Positions 18,906-29,973 of a stretch of DNA of 64,000 nt are shown piece after piece. Numbering within the stretch: position 1 is the stretch's first letter; every line of letters begins with the position of its first letter. Made by a program: the position numbers and the translations under genes. The stretch comes from an uncultured delta proteobacterium (lineage in GTDB: Bacteria; Myxococcota_A; Polyangia; Fen-1088). The stretch covers positions 1 to 64,000 of the forward strand of contig CAVWIP010000013.1 in assembly GCA_963755125.1 (NCBI GenBank). The letters run 5' to 3'. The notes beneath the pieces were generated by a model. That model did not search any database, had not been told where the DNA came from, and worked only from the letters and a program-made list of their open reading frames with translations.

Positions 18906-19841
18906 ATGATTGAGGTACGAGAGCTAACCAAGTATTTCGGAGAGCACGCGGCAATTCGCGATCTGAGCTTCGACATTCACCCCGGCGAGGTGGTCGGCTT
19001 CCTTGGGCTCAACGGCGCGGGCAAGACCACCACCCTCAAGATCCTGGGCTGCGTGCTTCTGCCCAGCTCGGGTCAGGTGCGCGTCGATGGTCTGGAGGTG
19101 ACCGCCGAACCGCACGAAGTGCGCCGCAAGATCGGCTTTCTGCCCGATGTGCCGCCGCTCTACGACGAGATGACCGTGGGTGCGTACCTGGCCTTCGTCG
19201 CGCGCCTGCGCGGGGTCGCCAGTCGTGACACGCCGGCGCGCGTGCAAGAGAGCGAGGACAAGCTCGCCCTGCGCGAGATGCACGACGAGATTATAGGCAA
19301 CCTGTCGTACGGATTTCGTCAGCGGGTGGGCGTGGCGCAAGCACTGGTTCACCGCCCTCGCCTGCTGATTCTCGACGAGCCCACCGCCGGACTCGACCCG
19401 GTCCAGATCATCGAGATGCGCAACCTGGTCCGACGGCTGCGCGGCGAGCACACCGTGCTCATCTCCAGCCACTTCCTCGCCGAGATCAGCCAGACCTGCG
19501 ATCGCCTGCTGGTCATCCAGGACGGCGAAATCGTGGCCCAGGGAACTGAGGAGGAGATTGCCGCCACCTTGGGCACGCCCGGCGAGATCGAGGTTGCGCT
19601 GCGCGGGCCCGCGGCCACGGCGCTGGAGGTGGCCCGGCAGGTTCCCGGCGTGCTGGAGGCGCACATCGCAAGTTCCGCCGCCCATGAGGTTCTGCTCAAC
19701 ATCCGGGCGCGCGAAGATTGCCGGCCCGAAATCGCCCGCGCCCTGGTGCTGGCGGGACACCAGCTTCTACGTCTGGACCGCAGCGCCGCGCGTTTGGAGT
19801 CCATCTTCATCGAACTGACCCACCGCGAGAGGCTGTCATGA
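18906..19841 (+). CDS. ABC transporter ATP-binding protein, GldA-like
   Basis: GLNGAGKTT, LSYGFRQRVG, LILDEPT, SSH. Confidence 0.92.
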   Translation: MIEVRELTKYFGEHAAIRDLSFDIHPGEVVGFLGLNGAGKTTTLKILGCVLLPSSGQVRVDGLEVTAEPHEVRRKIGFLPDVPPLYDEMTVGAYLAFVARLRGVASRDTPARVQESEDKLALREMHDEIIGNLSYGFRQRVGVAQALVHRPRLLILDEPTAGLDPVQIIEMRNLVRRLRGEHTVLISSHFLAEISQTCDRLLVIQDGEIVAQGTEEEIAATLGTPGEIEVALRGPAATALEVARQVPGVLEAHIASSAAHEVLLNIRAREDCRPEIARALVLAGHQLLRLDRSAARLESIFIELTHRERLS

Positions 19842-20566
19842 GTGCCACCCTGCTCATCGCCCGCCGGGAACTGGCGTCGTACCTGCGCACCATGAGCGGC
19901 TATGTCATCGCGGCCGCGGTGTTGCTGGTGGACGGGATCCTGTTCAACGCTTTCGCTCTGGGAGCCCAGCAAGACAAACTATCGGCGGTGGTGCTGAGCG
20001 ACTTCTTCTACTTCTCCAGCGGGACGACAATGATCGCGGCGGTGTTTCTCTCCATGCGGCTGGTCGCCGAGGAGCGCCAGACCGGAACCCTGGTCCTGCT
20101 CACCTCATCGCCGGTGCGCGACCGGGAGATCATTTTGGGGAAGTTCTTGTCGGCGTTTGCCTTCCTGGCCATGGTCACCTTGGCCACGGCCTTCATGCCG
20201 GCGCTCATCATGGTCAACGGCAAGTTGTCGATTGGCCAGGTGGCGGCCGGCTATCTCGGGCTGTTGCTGCTGGGCAGCGCCGCCCTGGCCATCGGCACGC
20301 TGGGCTCGGCCCTGGCGCGCTCGCAGGTTCTGGCGGCAATTCTCTCGGGCTCCATGCTGGTGGGACTGATCGTGGTCTGGCTGCTGGCTGCCGTGAGCGA
20401 GCGGCCGCTCAATGATGTCTTCCTGGCCCTGGCGCTTTGGGGCCGGCATTTCCCGCCCTTTCAGGCGGGCGTGATCAACCTGCGCGACGTGGCCTACTAC
20501 CTGCTGGTGACCTACTTCGCCCTGTTCGCGGCCACCCGTGTGCTGGAGGCGCGACGATGGCAATGA
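19838..20566 (+). CDS. ABC-2 permease, GldF-like
   Basis: ATGA overlap; MRLVAEERQTGTLVLLTSSPVRDREIILGKF; multiple TM spans. Confidence 0.88.
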   Translation: MSATLLIARRELASYLRTMSGYVIAAAVLLVDGILFNAFALGAQQDKLSAVVLSDFFYFSSGTTMIAAVFLSMRLVAEERQTGTLVLLTSSPVRDREIILGKFLSAFAFLAMVTLATAFMPALIMVNGKLSIGQVAAGYLGLLLLGSAALAIGTLGSALARSQVLAAILSGSMLVGLIVVWLLAAVSERPLNDVFLALALWGRHFPPFQAGVINLRDVAYYLLVTYFALFAATRVLEARRWQ

Positions 20567-22425
20567 AGCACTGGCCGTCGCTGGTGTACGCCGCTGGCCT
20601 GCTCTTCATCTACGTCGGCGAGCGTATTTTTGCCGCTGGAGGGGCAAGCAGCGCGGTGATGGCCATCGGCCTGGCCGGCGTGCTGGGTGCGCTGGCCTGG
20701 CGCGGCCTCGGCGCGCGCAAGGCTCCCGCCGACGTTCGCAGGTCCGCTCGCATGCTGCTGCTGCTCTACGGGCTGGGCGGCCTCGCCCTCGTGCTGCACT
20801 TCGCGGGCGGCGATGTGGGCGCACGCATCTTCGGTCGTCCCCTGGATCTGCGCATGCCCCGCTTGGCCGGCGCCCTGGCGGTGCTATGGCCGGCGCTCAT
20901 GCTGGCCGGCACCTTGCCCGTGCTCCTGGTCGAGCTCTCGCTGGCCGGCATGTCGCACGCGCCGGTGCTCGACACCCGTCGGGTGCGAGCAGCCATGCTG
21001 TCCGGACTGGGCACCGCTCTTGCACTGGTGTTCTGCTTTTGCGCCGCGTATGTGGCGGCCGAGCGCAACCTGAAGGCCGATCTTGCCTACTTCCGCAGCA
21101 CCCGGGCCGGCACCGCGAGCAAGACGCTGGTGGCGGCGCTCGACCAGCCGGTGCAGGTGTACCTGTTCTTTCCGCCGGCCAACGAAGTGGGCGAGGAGGT
21201 GGCAAGCTACTTCGCCGATCTGGCCCGCGAGTCGTCGCAACTCAGCGTGAGCCAGATGGATCAAGCGGTCGATCCGGCGCGGGCGCACGAGTTGGGCGTG
21301 TCGGGCAACGGCGTGATCGTGGTGGCGCGCGACAAGCGGCGCGAACAGATCCCCATGCCGGTCAAACTGGAAAACGCGCGCAGCAAACTTCGGACTCTGG
21401 ATCAGGATGTGTACAAGCGCCTGGCGACCGTGTCGCGCGGCACCCGCGTTGCCTATTTCGTACAGGGCCATGAAGAGCGAACCTTCAGCAACATCGGGGA
21501 AACCGACCGCCGCGCCACCGTGCGCCTGTTGCGCGATCTCCTGTCCGAGCTGGGCTTCCAGGCCAAAGAGCTGAGCCTGGCGCAAGGGTTGGGCCACGAG
21601 GTGCCCGCCGACGCCGGCCTGGTGCTCGTGCTGGGGCCCCAGCGCCCGCTCCTGCCGGCCGAGACGGATTCTCTGTTGCGCTATTTCGACCACAAGGGAC
21701 GCTTGCTGTTGGCCGTCGATCCGGAAAACGGTGACACCGCCACGGCGCTCCTGGATGGGCTTTCTCTGCGATTTCACGCCACCACCCTGGCCAACGACCA
21801 GATCTACTGGGCGCGCACGCGGCAGAAGCCAGACCGCATCGGCATCGCCACGGGCAGCTACTCCAGCCACGCCTCGGTGGCGACGCTGAGCCAGTTCGGT
21901 CTGCGCCTGCCCACGGTTTTGCTCGGGGCAGGCTTTCTCACCCGACCAGACAAACCCTCGCCCGATGCACCCCACGTGACCTTCGCGCTTCACGCCGAGG
22001 CCAGCACCTGGAACGACCTGGACGGCAACTTCGAGTTTGACGGTCCCAAAGAAACCCGCAAGGCCTACGAACTGGCGGCCGCAGTCAGCAAAGGCGCAAC
22101 GCCCGAGGAAGAAGGGCGCGCCTTCGTGCTCGCCGACTCCGATGCGCTGGCCGACGAGCTGATCGTCAACCGGGCCAACAGCCTGCTGGCGGTCAACCTC
22201 GTGCGCTGGCTGGCTGGTGACGAACATCTGGCGGGCACCATCAACAACGAGGAAGACGTGCCGGTTCGCCATACCCGCAAACAGGACGTGGCCTGGTTCT
22301 ACGCCAGCGTGTTCGCCGCGCCTGCCCTGGTGCTGGGCATCGGCATCGGCGTCCGCCGGCGAGCCTCGCGACGAAAGGCCGCACCCGCTGCGCCCGCCTC
22401 GCCACCCTCGGAGGGAACCTCGTGA
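20563..22425 (+). CDS. GldG-like ABC accessory membrane protein
   Basis: N-terminal TM spans, AYFVQGHEE, VPADAGLVLVLGPQ, NLVRWL, C-terminal TM. Confidence 0.8.
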   Translation: MKHWPSLVYAAGLLFIYVGERIFAAGGASSAVMAIGLAGVLGALAWRGLGARKAPADVRRSARMLLLLYGLGGLALVLHFAGGDVGARIFGRPLDLRMPRLAGALAVLWPALMLAGTLPVLLVELSLAGMSHAPVLDTRRVRAAMLSGLGTALALVFCFCAAYVAAERNLKADLAYFRSTRAGTASKTLVAALDQPVQVYLFFPPANEVGEEVASYFADLARESSQLSVSQMDQAVDPARAHELGVSGNGVIVVARDKRREQIPMPVKLENARSKLRTLDQDVYKRLATVSRGTRVAYFVQGHEERTFSNIGETDRRATVRLLRDLLSELGFQAKELSLAQGLGHEVPADAGLVLVLGPQRPLLPAETDSLLRYFDHKGRLLLAVDPENGDTATALLDGLSLRFHATTLANDQIYWARTRQKPDRIGIATGSYSSHASVATLSQFGLRLPTVLLGAGFLTRPDKPSPDAPHVTFALHAEASTWNDLDGNFEFDGPKETRKAYELAAAVSKGATPEEEGRAFVLADSDALADELIVNRANSLLAVNLVRWLAGDEHLAGTINNEEDVPVRHTRKQDVAWFYASVFAAPALVLGIGIGVRRRASRRKAAPAAPASPPSEGTS

Positions 22426-23462
22426 ACGGCAAGACGGTTGTGCTGCAAGGCGGGCTGGCCCTGCTGGGCCTGGCCGCGGCGTATACGACCTGGCAGCGTC
22501 AGCCCGAGTTGCAGCCGGGCGAGGTGTTCGTGTTGGACATCACCAGAAACGACCTGGAGAAGATCCGCTTCGACGATGAAGATGCGAAGACCTGGGCCGA
22601 GTTGCAGCGTGACAGCGACGACAACGGAAACTTCGTTGCCCTTCGTCTTTCCAGGCGCGAGGCGCCGGCGACCAAGACAGCCGCGCCCACGCAGGGCGCA
22701 AGCCCGGAACGTGTGGTGCGCGGCAGTGACGCGGCCAAGGCTCTCTACGAACGCTTTGCTCCCCTGCGCGCCACGCGGGCGCTCGGCGTGCTGGACGCCG
22801 CCAAGCTGAAGGATCTGGGTCTCGCTTCTCCCAAGAAGCACATCACCGTGGTGACCCGTTCCGGCCGACGCGCCTTTGACATCGCGCCCGCACCCTCGGG
22901 TGGAACCGATCCCTACCTGCGCGACCAGGCCGACGGTCGTGTGTTTCTCGTCTCGCGATCCATCCTCAGCGACTTCCAGGCTGCGGCCAACAGCCTGGTC
23001 GAACGCCATCTGCATGGCTTCCGCCCGGAGGATGCAGACCGTGTTTCCATAGCAGCCGGCTCGGCCAAAAAGGAATATCGTGTGGCCCGCTCGGCGGACG
23101 GACGGGGCGTGGAAATTGCCTCTGCCGCCGCCCCCGACAAACCCGACCCGGCCGCTCGCACCTGGCACGAGCGCGTCTTCGGCCTGTGGCCGAGCGAGTC
23201 TCTCGGCAAGGGCGAGTTGCCCGCGGAAGGCGAACCTCAAACGAGGCTGCGGCTCGACTATTCTGCGCACGGCCACGGTCTGGGCTGGCTGATCATCGCC
23301 GAATCCCCTGGCCCGCCAGCGGCGAACGTATCGAGCACGGCGCCCGCGCCCAAGAATATCTTCTATGCGCGCAGCGAATCCACCCTGGGCTGGGTCAAGC
23401 TATCCGGCGATAACGACACTCTGGTCGCCGATGGCGTGAAACTGGCCGGTGGCAAGCCCTGA
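22422..23462 (+). CDS. DUF4340-like periplasmic protein of the Gld-type ABC operon
   Basis: GTGA overlap; N-terminal anchor; LKDLGLASP motif; operon position. Confidence 0.6.
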   Translation: MNGKTVVLQGGLALLGLAAAYTTWQRQPELQPGEVFVLDITRNDLEKIRFDDEDAKTWAELQRDSDDNGNFVALRLSRREAPATKTAAPTQGASPERVVRGSDAAKALYERFAPLRATRALGVLDAAKLKDLGLASPKKHITVVTRSGRRAFDIAPAPSGGTDPYLRDQADGRVFLVSRSILSDFQAAANSLVERHLHGFRPEDADRVSIAAGSAKKEYRVARSADGRGVEIASAAAPDKPDPAARTWHERVFGLWPSESLGKGELPAEGEPQTRLRLDYSAHGHGLGWLIIAESPGPPAANVSSTAPAPKNIFYARSESTLGWVKLSGDNDTLVADGVKLAGGKP

Positions 23463-23468
23463 AGCCGG

Positions 23469-24557
23469 TCACCACGCCGACTGGATCCAGCCGCCGCCCA
23501 GCAGGCGATCGCCCTGGTAGCACACGGCGGCCTGGCCCGGGGTTACGGCCATGACCGGCTCGGCGAAATCGACCTCGAAGCCAGTCCCGCCGTTCACACG
23601 CACGCGCCCGAGACTGCCGACGTGGTTGGTGCGGACCTGCACGGTGGCCTCGAATTCAGCCGGCACGTCGCAATGCCAGTTGGCCTGCGTCGCCTGCAAG
23701 CGGCGGTGCAAGATCTCGTTACCCGGCCCCACCGTGACAGTAGCCGAGATCACATCAAGGTGCGTGACGTACAGCGGAGTCTTGCCGGCGATGCCCAGTC
23801 GCTTGCGCTGGCCAATGGTGAAGGCGGCAATGCCGCGATGGCGGCCCAGAATCTTGCCTGTAGAATCAACAATGGGGCCCGGCTGCAAGATCTCGGGGCA
23901 GCGCCGGCTCAGATAGGCGACGTAGTCGTTGTCGGGAACAAAACAGATGTCCTGACTGTCGGGCTTGTCGTGCACGGCCAAGCCCATGGCGCGTGCCCTT
24001 TCACGCACGTTCTGCTTGTTGGGCATGTCGCCAAGGGGAAACAGGATCCGCCCCAGCAACTCGCGCGCAATTGCAAACAGCACGTAGGACTGATCCTTGT
24101 GCCGCGGCGACTTGCGCAAGATGGCTGGGCGACCGTCGACCGACATGAGTCGCGCGTAGTGCCCGGTGGCCACCCACGGGATGCCCAGCGAATCCGCGTG
24201 GCGAATGAGCCTGCCGAACTTGATCTGGGCGTTGCACCAGACACAGGGATTGGGCGTGCGGCCCTGACGGTATTCGTCGACGAAATGCTCGATGATAGGC
24301 TGGAATGCGTCGGCGAGATTGAGCACGTAGAGATCGATGCCCAGCTTGTGCGCCACCGCACGCGCGTCGGCCGCATCCTGGGGCGAGCAACATCCGCGCG
24401 AGTCGCTGTCCGGGTCGCCAGCCGTGCCCAGGCACATGAACACGCCCGTGACTTCAAAGCCCGCGTCGCGCAGCAGCCCGGCCGTGACCGAAGAATCGAC
24501 CCCGCCGCTCATCGCGACCAGCACCCGTTTCTCGTTGTCGATGGCTTTGCTCGCCAT
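23469..24557 (-). CDS. mnmA: tRNA-specific 2-thiouridylase
   Basis: AMSGGVDSS, TPNPCVWCN, ATGHYAR, KDQSY, KPDSQDICF, TIGQRK, VTPGQ. Confidence 0.96.
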   Translation of the reverse strand: MASKAIDNEKRVLVAMSGGVDSSVTAGLLRDAGFEVTGVFMCLGTAGDPDSDSRGCCSPQDAADARAVAHKLGIDLYVLNLADAFQPIIEHFVDEYRQGRTPNPCVWCNAQIKFGRLIRHADSLGIPWVATGHYARLMSVDGRPAILRKSPRHKDQSYVLFAIARELLGRILFPLGDMPNKQNVRERARAMGLAVHDKPDSQDICFVPDNDYVAYLSRRCPEILQPGPIVDSTGKILGRHRGIAAFTIGQRKRLGIAGKTPLYVTHLDVISATVTVGPGNEILHRRLQATQANWHCDVPAEFEATVQVRTNHVGSLGRVRVNGGTGFEVDFAEPVMAVTPGQAAVCYQGDRLLGGGWIQSAW

Positions 24558-24575
24558 TTGGCTAGCTCTTTCGCC

Positions 24576-27132
24576 CTACTTGGTTTCGATGTCGTAGGGC
24601 AAGCGTGCCAGGATGCCGGTGCCACCCGTGGCCAAGAGAGGCAGCAGCAAGCGCACCGCTGCGCGGCCGCCCGGCATGCGCGAAAGGGCGCCCAGCAAGG
24701 AAGGCGTGGGCCGCGGCAACACGACCAACTCGGGCAGGCCGCCGGGACCCAGCGACACACCACCGCGCCGGGCTGCCTCGTCAATCGCTGCGCTGACGCC
24801 GCCCATGCGATCGACCAGGCCCACGCCCGCGGCCTGCGTGCCGGTCCACACCCGCCCGCGCCCCAACTCGTCGGCACGCGCGACGGTCACGCCGTGGCTT
24901 GCGCGCCCATCGGCCACGGTGTCGAGGAACCGTCGATACATCTGCTGCATGCGGCTAGAGATGAGAGCCCGTTCCTCGTCATCCCAGCCGTGCCCAACGG
25001 AAAGCAAGTCGGCGTGCGCTCCGCGCTTATAGGTTTCGCTGGCAATACCCAGACGGCCGAGCAGTCCCTGCACATTCACCTTGAAAGCGAAGATGCCAAT
25101 CGATCCGGTGAGCGTCGAGGGCGAGGCGAAAATCTCGCTGGCGGGCGCCGCCACGTAGTACCCCCCGGAGGCGGCCACGTCGCCCATCGAGGCCAGCACA
25201 GGCTTGCCCAGCTTGCGCAAGCGAAGCAAGACACGTGCGATACGATCGGAAGCCAAGGCGGAGCCGCCCGGGCTGTTCACCCGCAGGACCACGGCGCGCA
25301 CCGAGGGATCGTCGGCCGCCTCGTCGAGCGCGGCGATGATCCGGTCCGACCAAGCAATTTCGTTCGACGGCAAGGGAAAGTCGCTGCCATCGCCGTCCAT
25401 CAAGGTCCCATCGATCAGGACGACGGCAACCCGGGCGGGAAGCCAGCGGCCCACCTCGCGTGGTCGCGCATCGGCGTCGCGCAGCGGGGCCAAGACTCGC
25501 GCGACGGCGGCCTTCAGCTCGTCCTCGTCGGCGACTGTGTCCACCAGCCCGGCCTCGCGTGCCTCGGCCGACGAGAACACGGCCCGATCGACCAAGCCGC
25601 GTACCTTGGCCTGGTCGAGCCCGCTGGCCGAACGCCCGTCGGCCACGCTCGTGAGCAGGCGGGTAAACACGTCGTCCAGGATGGCGTTGCGGTTGGCGGC
25701 CACCGGCGACGACTGACCGTTCATCACGAACGGCTCCATGGCGCCCTTGTACTCGGCGATACGCACCAGATCGACCTCGACGCCCAGTCGGTCAAGCGCG
25801 GTCTTGTAGAAGGTCACGGTCTGCCCAAATCCGCCGAAGTAGATCCCCACCACCGGATCGATGAACACGCGGTCGCACGCGCTGGCCAGGTAGATGGTGC
25901 GCGTATCGGCCTGGGTGAGGCGCGCGAGCACGGGCTTGCGCTGGCGAAGCTGCGCGACCAGCGCGCGCAACTCCTCAATGCGGCCCAAGCCGAGATCCGG
26001 CTCGTCGATGTCGAGCAAGACGGCGGCAACCGCGGGATCGTCGCCCAACTGGCGCAGGCGCACCACCAGCGTCAGGAAATTCCGATCCGCCTCCAGGTCG
26101 CTCACCCTCACCCGCGCCACGTAGGAATCGGCCCAAATGGGCGGATGTCGGGTGGGAAAGGAGCGCAGCATGAAAGAGCCGCCCGGACCCAAGCGCGCGC
26201 CGTTCTCGCCGCCAGCGCGCCAGTTGCCCACGCCTGCCACCGTCGCGCCCAGTCGTTCCTCTTCCATGGTCACGCCGACCAAGGCGGCATAGTCCGCCGG
26301 CGGTGTGAGCAGGCTGCCGCTGGCCTGCACCTCCGCCACTCGGTAGCGCGGCCAGTCCGCCTCGCCGAAGATCAGCAGGCCACGCGCCAGCCGCAGTGAA
26401 ACGCGCGCCCGCGGCAGCGCGGTCGTCTCGTCACCCTGCAAGACTCGCACGCCCCCTGCAATCTCCAAACGATCGGTGGCCAGTGGGCGCAGGGCGGCCT
26501 CGAAATCCCATTCGCGTGGCAGATCCGGCGCGCCGGCCGCTAGGCGCGGACGCCCCACGTCTCGCACCGCCACGCCCGCCGCCAGCATCGACGACACGCG
26601 CACGCCCAACCCGAAGGTGAAGCTGTTGGTGGTCGCCAGGCCGGTGCTGAAGATGTGCTCCCACGAAGCACCGAAGCCCGCGCTGCGACCCAGTCGCAAG
26701 CCCAGGCCAAGCTGCAGCTTCTGGTAGTCGCTCGGCGTCCCCGCTAGCGTGGGACGCAGCCACTGAAAGCCAGCGCCCAGGGCCGCGCCGAAAGCCAGTG
26801 GCGTGCCGAACATGAAGGCACCGCCGCGCCCCGGCCGCTGCACGTCAGATCCCCAGTAATCCACCACCAGCGCGCTGGACGCTCCCGGCAGGACGCCCAG
26901 TTGCCCAGGGTTGAGCTCGAACCGACGTCCCGTCCGCATCGCCAGCCAGGACGCCGCCCGGCACCTTCACGCCGCGAAACGGAGACGCAGGCACGTCGGC
27001 GGCCTGCGCGCGCAGCGACGCGCCCGCGAGCAACGCCAACAAGACCCCGATTCCAACCACCCAGCGCCGTTTGGTCGCTGGTCTACTCAAGGCTTGGCGG
27101 AATGCCGACATGACGATGATCCTCTGGCCCAT
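24576..27132 (-). CDS. sppA: Signal peptide peptidase SppA (S49, long form) with an apparent 1-nt frameshift near 26920
   Basis: YKGAMEPF, VNSPGGSALAS, SMGDVAASGGYY, TGSIG, GRVWTG; signal-peptide-bearing N-terminus lies in another frame. Confidence 0.85.
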
Positions 27133-27170
27133 GGACCTGTTCGCGAACGCCGAGGTATACCAAGGCTCCG

Positions 27171-27899
27171 GTGCACGCCCAAGCGGCGTCATCGGACTTC
27201 CACACGAAAAGGATCAGGTTGCGCTCACCAACCGACCAGACCGACCGGACGCGCGCGCGCAGGCGCTGGCTGGTGCTGGCCGCCTGGCTGCCGGAGCTGA
27301 CTGAGTTGCGCCGACTGCTCAGGCGGAGGACCAGCCAAGAGATCGTTACGCGGGTCGCGGGCGTGGGCCTTGTGGAGGCGGCCATCGGCGCTACCGCCGC
27401 CATCGCAGACGTGAAGCCCGACGCCATCATGTTCGTCGGCACCGCTGGGCTCTACCCGGGCCGGCGCCCCGATCTTGCGTGGGCAGGCGTGGTGGCGGCG
27501 CGGCGTCTGGTTCTATCGGCCGATGGACTGGCGAGCGGCCACGCCTATCTTCCACCCGCGTTGCCCGCCGCGCAGGAGTCCACCATGGCCTTGCGCCGAA
27601 TCGCGGCGGCGGCCGGTCTGCTCATGGCGGACGTGGCGTGTCCCCTCGCGATCACGTTGCGTCCGTCGGCCGTCGGGCGACGCGCCCGGTCCTCGGTCTG
27701 CGACGTCGAAAACCTCGAATCCTTCGCGGTCGCGCGTGCCGCGGTCGCAGCCGGTCTGCCCTTTGCGGCCATCCTTGGCATCAGCAACGCCGTGGGCCCG
27801 TCCGCGCACGCGGCGTGGAAACGCCACGCGATCCGAGCCGCCGCCGCCGCCTGTCGGGCGGCCTTGGAAGTGATTGGGCGATCGAGCGTATCCCGCTGA
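27171..27899 (+). CDS. mqnB: Nucleoside phosphorylase family, probable futalosine hydrolase (start probably further downstream)
   Basis: GVGLVEAA, FVGTAG, VENLESFAVA, GISNAVG; adjacent to mqnD. Confidence 0.65.
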   Translation: MHAQAASSDFHTKRIRLRSPTDQTDRTRARRRWLVLAAWLPELTELRRLLRRRTSQEIVTRVAGVGLVEAAIGATAAIADVKPDAIMFVGTAGLYPGRRPDLAWAGVVAARRLVLSADGLASGHAYLPPALPAAQESTMALRRIAAAAGLLMADVACPLAITLRPSAVGRRARSSVCDVENLESFAVARAAVAAGLPFAAILGISNAVGPSAHAAWKRHAIRAAAAACRAALEVIGRSSVSR

Positions 27900-27903
27900 T
27901 GCT

Positions 27904-28752
27904 CTATGGTGCCCAGTCGATGGAGCACCCGGCGGGCAGCAGGCCCGCCTTTGCCGCGCGATCGAACAGAACCCCGACGGCCAAACGCGCGTCGGGCGCC
28001 ATCGCGCGCGTGTCCTCGTTGGCGTACATTGCGAGGTAGCGTTCAAGCAGCGCAATCTGGGCCAGCGCGGGCTCGCCTCGCTTCTCCCCCGCGAGCACCC
28101 GGATGACCTCATCGCGGTGGTCGAGCGCGTAGGCGATGGCGTCGCGCAAGACGGCGGACACCAGAGCGATACGTTCGGCCCCCAGCCCACGCCGAATGAC
28201 GTTCACCCCGAGCGGCAGCGGCATCCCGGTTTCCGCTTGCCACCATTCCCCGATCTCGGCGACGCGCGCGTAGCCACGGCTTTCGTAGATGAGTCTCCCC
28301 TCGTGAATCAGCAAGGCTGCGTCGATGGTGCCCGCATCCAGACAGTCGAATATGCGGCCAAAGGGCACGATGGGCACGACCACGGGCAAAAGCCCCGGTT
28401 GCATCTGGCGAAGCACCAACCACGCCGTGGTGGACAGGCCGGGGATACCAACACGCCGTCCAGCCAGGTCGGCCAATGCCATCGGCTTCCGCGCCACCAG
28501 CACGGGCCCGAAGCCGCGCCCCACCGAGGCGCCGTGGGGCAGCAGCAGGTACCTGGCCGCCACCGCCGGATAGGCGCCCGCAGAGATCGCCACCACGTCG
28601 ACTTCACCGGCGAGCGCGAGTGCGTTCAATTCCGAGGTATCGCCGCGACGGTGGGTGAACTCCAGTCCTCGCGTGTCGACGCCGGATGCGTGCAGGGCGT
28701 GAAACATGAACGCATCATCAGCATCGACAGAGTAGGCCAGCGAGATGGGCAT
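27904..28752 (-). CDS. mqnD: 1,4-dihydroxy-6-naphthoate synthase (MqnA/MqnD family)
   Basis: SVDADDAFMFHAL, GRGFGPVLV, PGLSTTA, LLIHEG, PLPLG. Confidence 0.8.
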   Translation of the reverse strand: MPISLAYSVDADDAFMFHALHASGVDTRGLEFTHRRGDTSELNALALAGEVDVVAISAGAYPAVAARYLLLPHGASVGRGFGPVLVARKPMALADLAGRRVGIPGLSTTAWLVLRQMQPGLLPVVVPIVPFGRIFDCLDAGTIDAALLIHEGRLIYESRGYARVAEIGEWWQAETGMPLPLGVNVIRRGLGAERIALVSAVLRDAIAYALDHRDEVIRVLAGEKRGEPALAQIALLERYLAMYANEDTRAMAPDARLAVGVLFDRAAKAGLLPAGCSIDWAP

Positions 28753-28809
28753 CGCGCCAGTGTACCTTTAGTTGCTCATCGCCTCGGCCCTGATTAACCT
28801 GCACCGCCC

Positions 28810-29952
28810 GTGCCCTCCGTCCCCAAAGTCCTGCTGCTCCTTGCCGCATGCTGCCTGCCGTTCCTGGCACCAAGCGCCGCCCTGGGCGCGCAGGCAGCCG
28901 CGGCCAAGCCATCTTCCGGCAAGTCGAAAAGCAAGAACAAGGGCAAGCCCGCACCTGGAAAGAACGCGAAGAAGAAGCCCAGGGGCAAGGCGGCGCACAA
29001 GACTCGCGGCAAGAAGCCAGCCGCCAAGAAGAAGGTCTTTCTGGAAAAGCACGTGGCGGCAGTCAAGGGCAGCCTGCCCAATGTGCAATCGCTCGGCGCC
29101 CTGGTCGTGGACATGGACAGCGGACAGGAGATCTTCGTCCGCAAGCCTGACCAGCCGCGCTCGATAGCCTCCATTTCCAAATTGGCGGCGACCCTGGCCG
29201 TGATGGACCACAATCTGGACCTCGACGGGCTGACCACGATAAAGAAGATCGACGCCGAGGTCGCGCGCGGCGGAGCGCCCTCGCGCCTGCTCGAAGGCAT
29301 GACCCTATCCAACCGCGATCTGCTGCACGCGGCCCTGCTGGGATCGGACAACCGGGCGATATCGGCCCTGGGCCGCGCGGTCGGGCTCAGCGCCACCCAG
29401 CTCACCAATGCCATGAACCGGAAGGTCGCGGCTCTCGAACTGCGCTCGACGCGCTTCCGCGAGCCGACCGGACTTTCCCCGGAAAACCTCTCCACTCCGC
29501 GCGAGATCCTCCAGCTCCTGCGCGCCGCCATGTCTCATCCCATCCTGGGTCCCATCGTGCGCAAGCCGGAATACGAGGCCCACCCCGTTGCTCGCCCGCC
29601 CATCAAGTACGTCAGCACGCACCGACCCGCAGCCCGGCCGAACCTGCAAATCCTCGGTGGCAAGACCGGCTACAACGATGCCGCCCGCTACTGCCTGGTG
29701 ATCGCCATCCGCATTGATGGCCACAACTACGGCATGGCTATGCTCGGCACCGACGGCAAGCTCACCCGCTTCGGAGACGTCGCCCGCGTGGTTGATTGGA
29801 TAGTTGCGCACAAGGCGAAGTTGACCGCGCCGGCAGCGGTTCAGGGACCACCCCTCCCTGAGGGCTTCACCGCTATCCCGGATGCCGCCACGGTGCCGAC
29901 GCTCCAACACCTCGATGGTGCGCCAGCCGCCGTGGCGCAACCTGACCAATGA
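28810..29952 (+). CDS. D-alanyl-D-alanine peptidase, S11 family (PbpG-like) with Lys-rich N-terminus
   Basis: SISK, SDN and KTG motifs; signal peptide. Confidence 0.88.
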   Translation: MPSVPKVLLLLAACCLPFLAPSAALGAQAAAAKPSSGKSKSKNKGKPAPGKNAKKKPRGKAAHKTRGKKPAAKKKVFLEKHVAAVKGSLPNVQSLGALVVDMDSGQEIFVRKPDQPRSIASISKLAATLAVMDHNLDLDGLTTIKKIDAEVARGGAPSRLLEGMTLSNRDLLHAALLGSDNRAISALGRAVGLSATQLTNAMNRKVAALELRSTRFREPTGLSPENLSTPREILQLLRAAMSHPILGPIVRKPEYEAHPVARPPIKYVSTHRPAARPNLQILGGKTGYNDAARYCLVIAIRIDGHNYGMAMLGTDGKLTRFGDVARVVDWIVAHKAKLTAPAAVQGPPLPEGFTAIPDAATVPTLQHLDGAPAAVAQPDQ

Positions 29953-29973
29953 TCGTACCCATCGCGTCAATTC

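Noticed and set aside
23622..26399. 925-aa plus-strand ORF
   Set aside because: Antisense shadow of mnmA/sppA, typical of high-GC DNA
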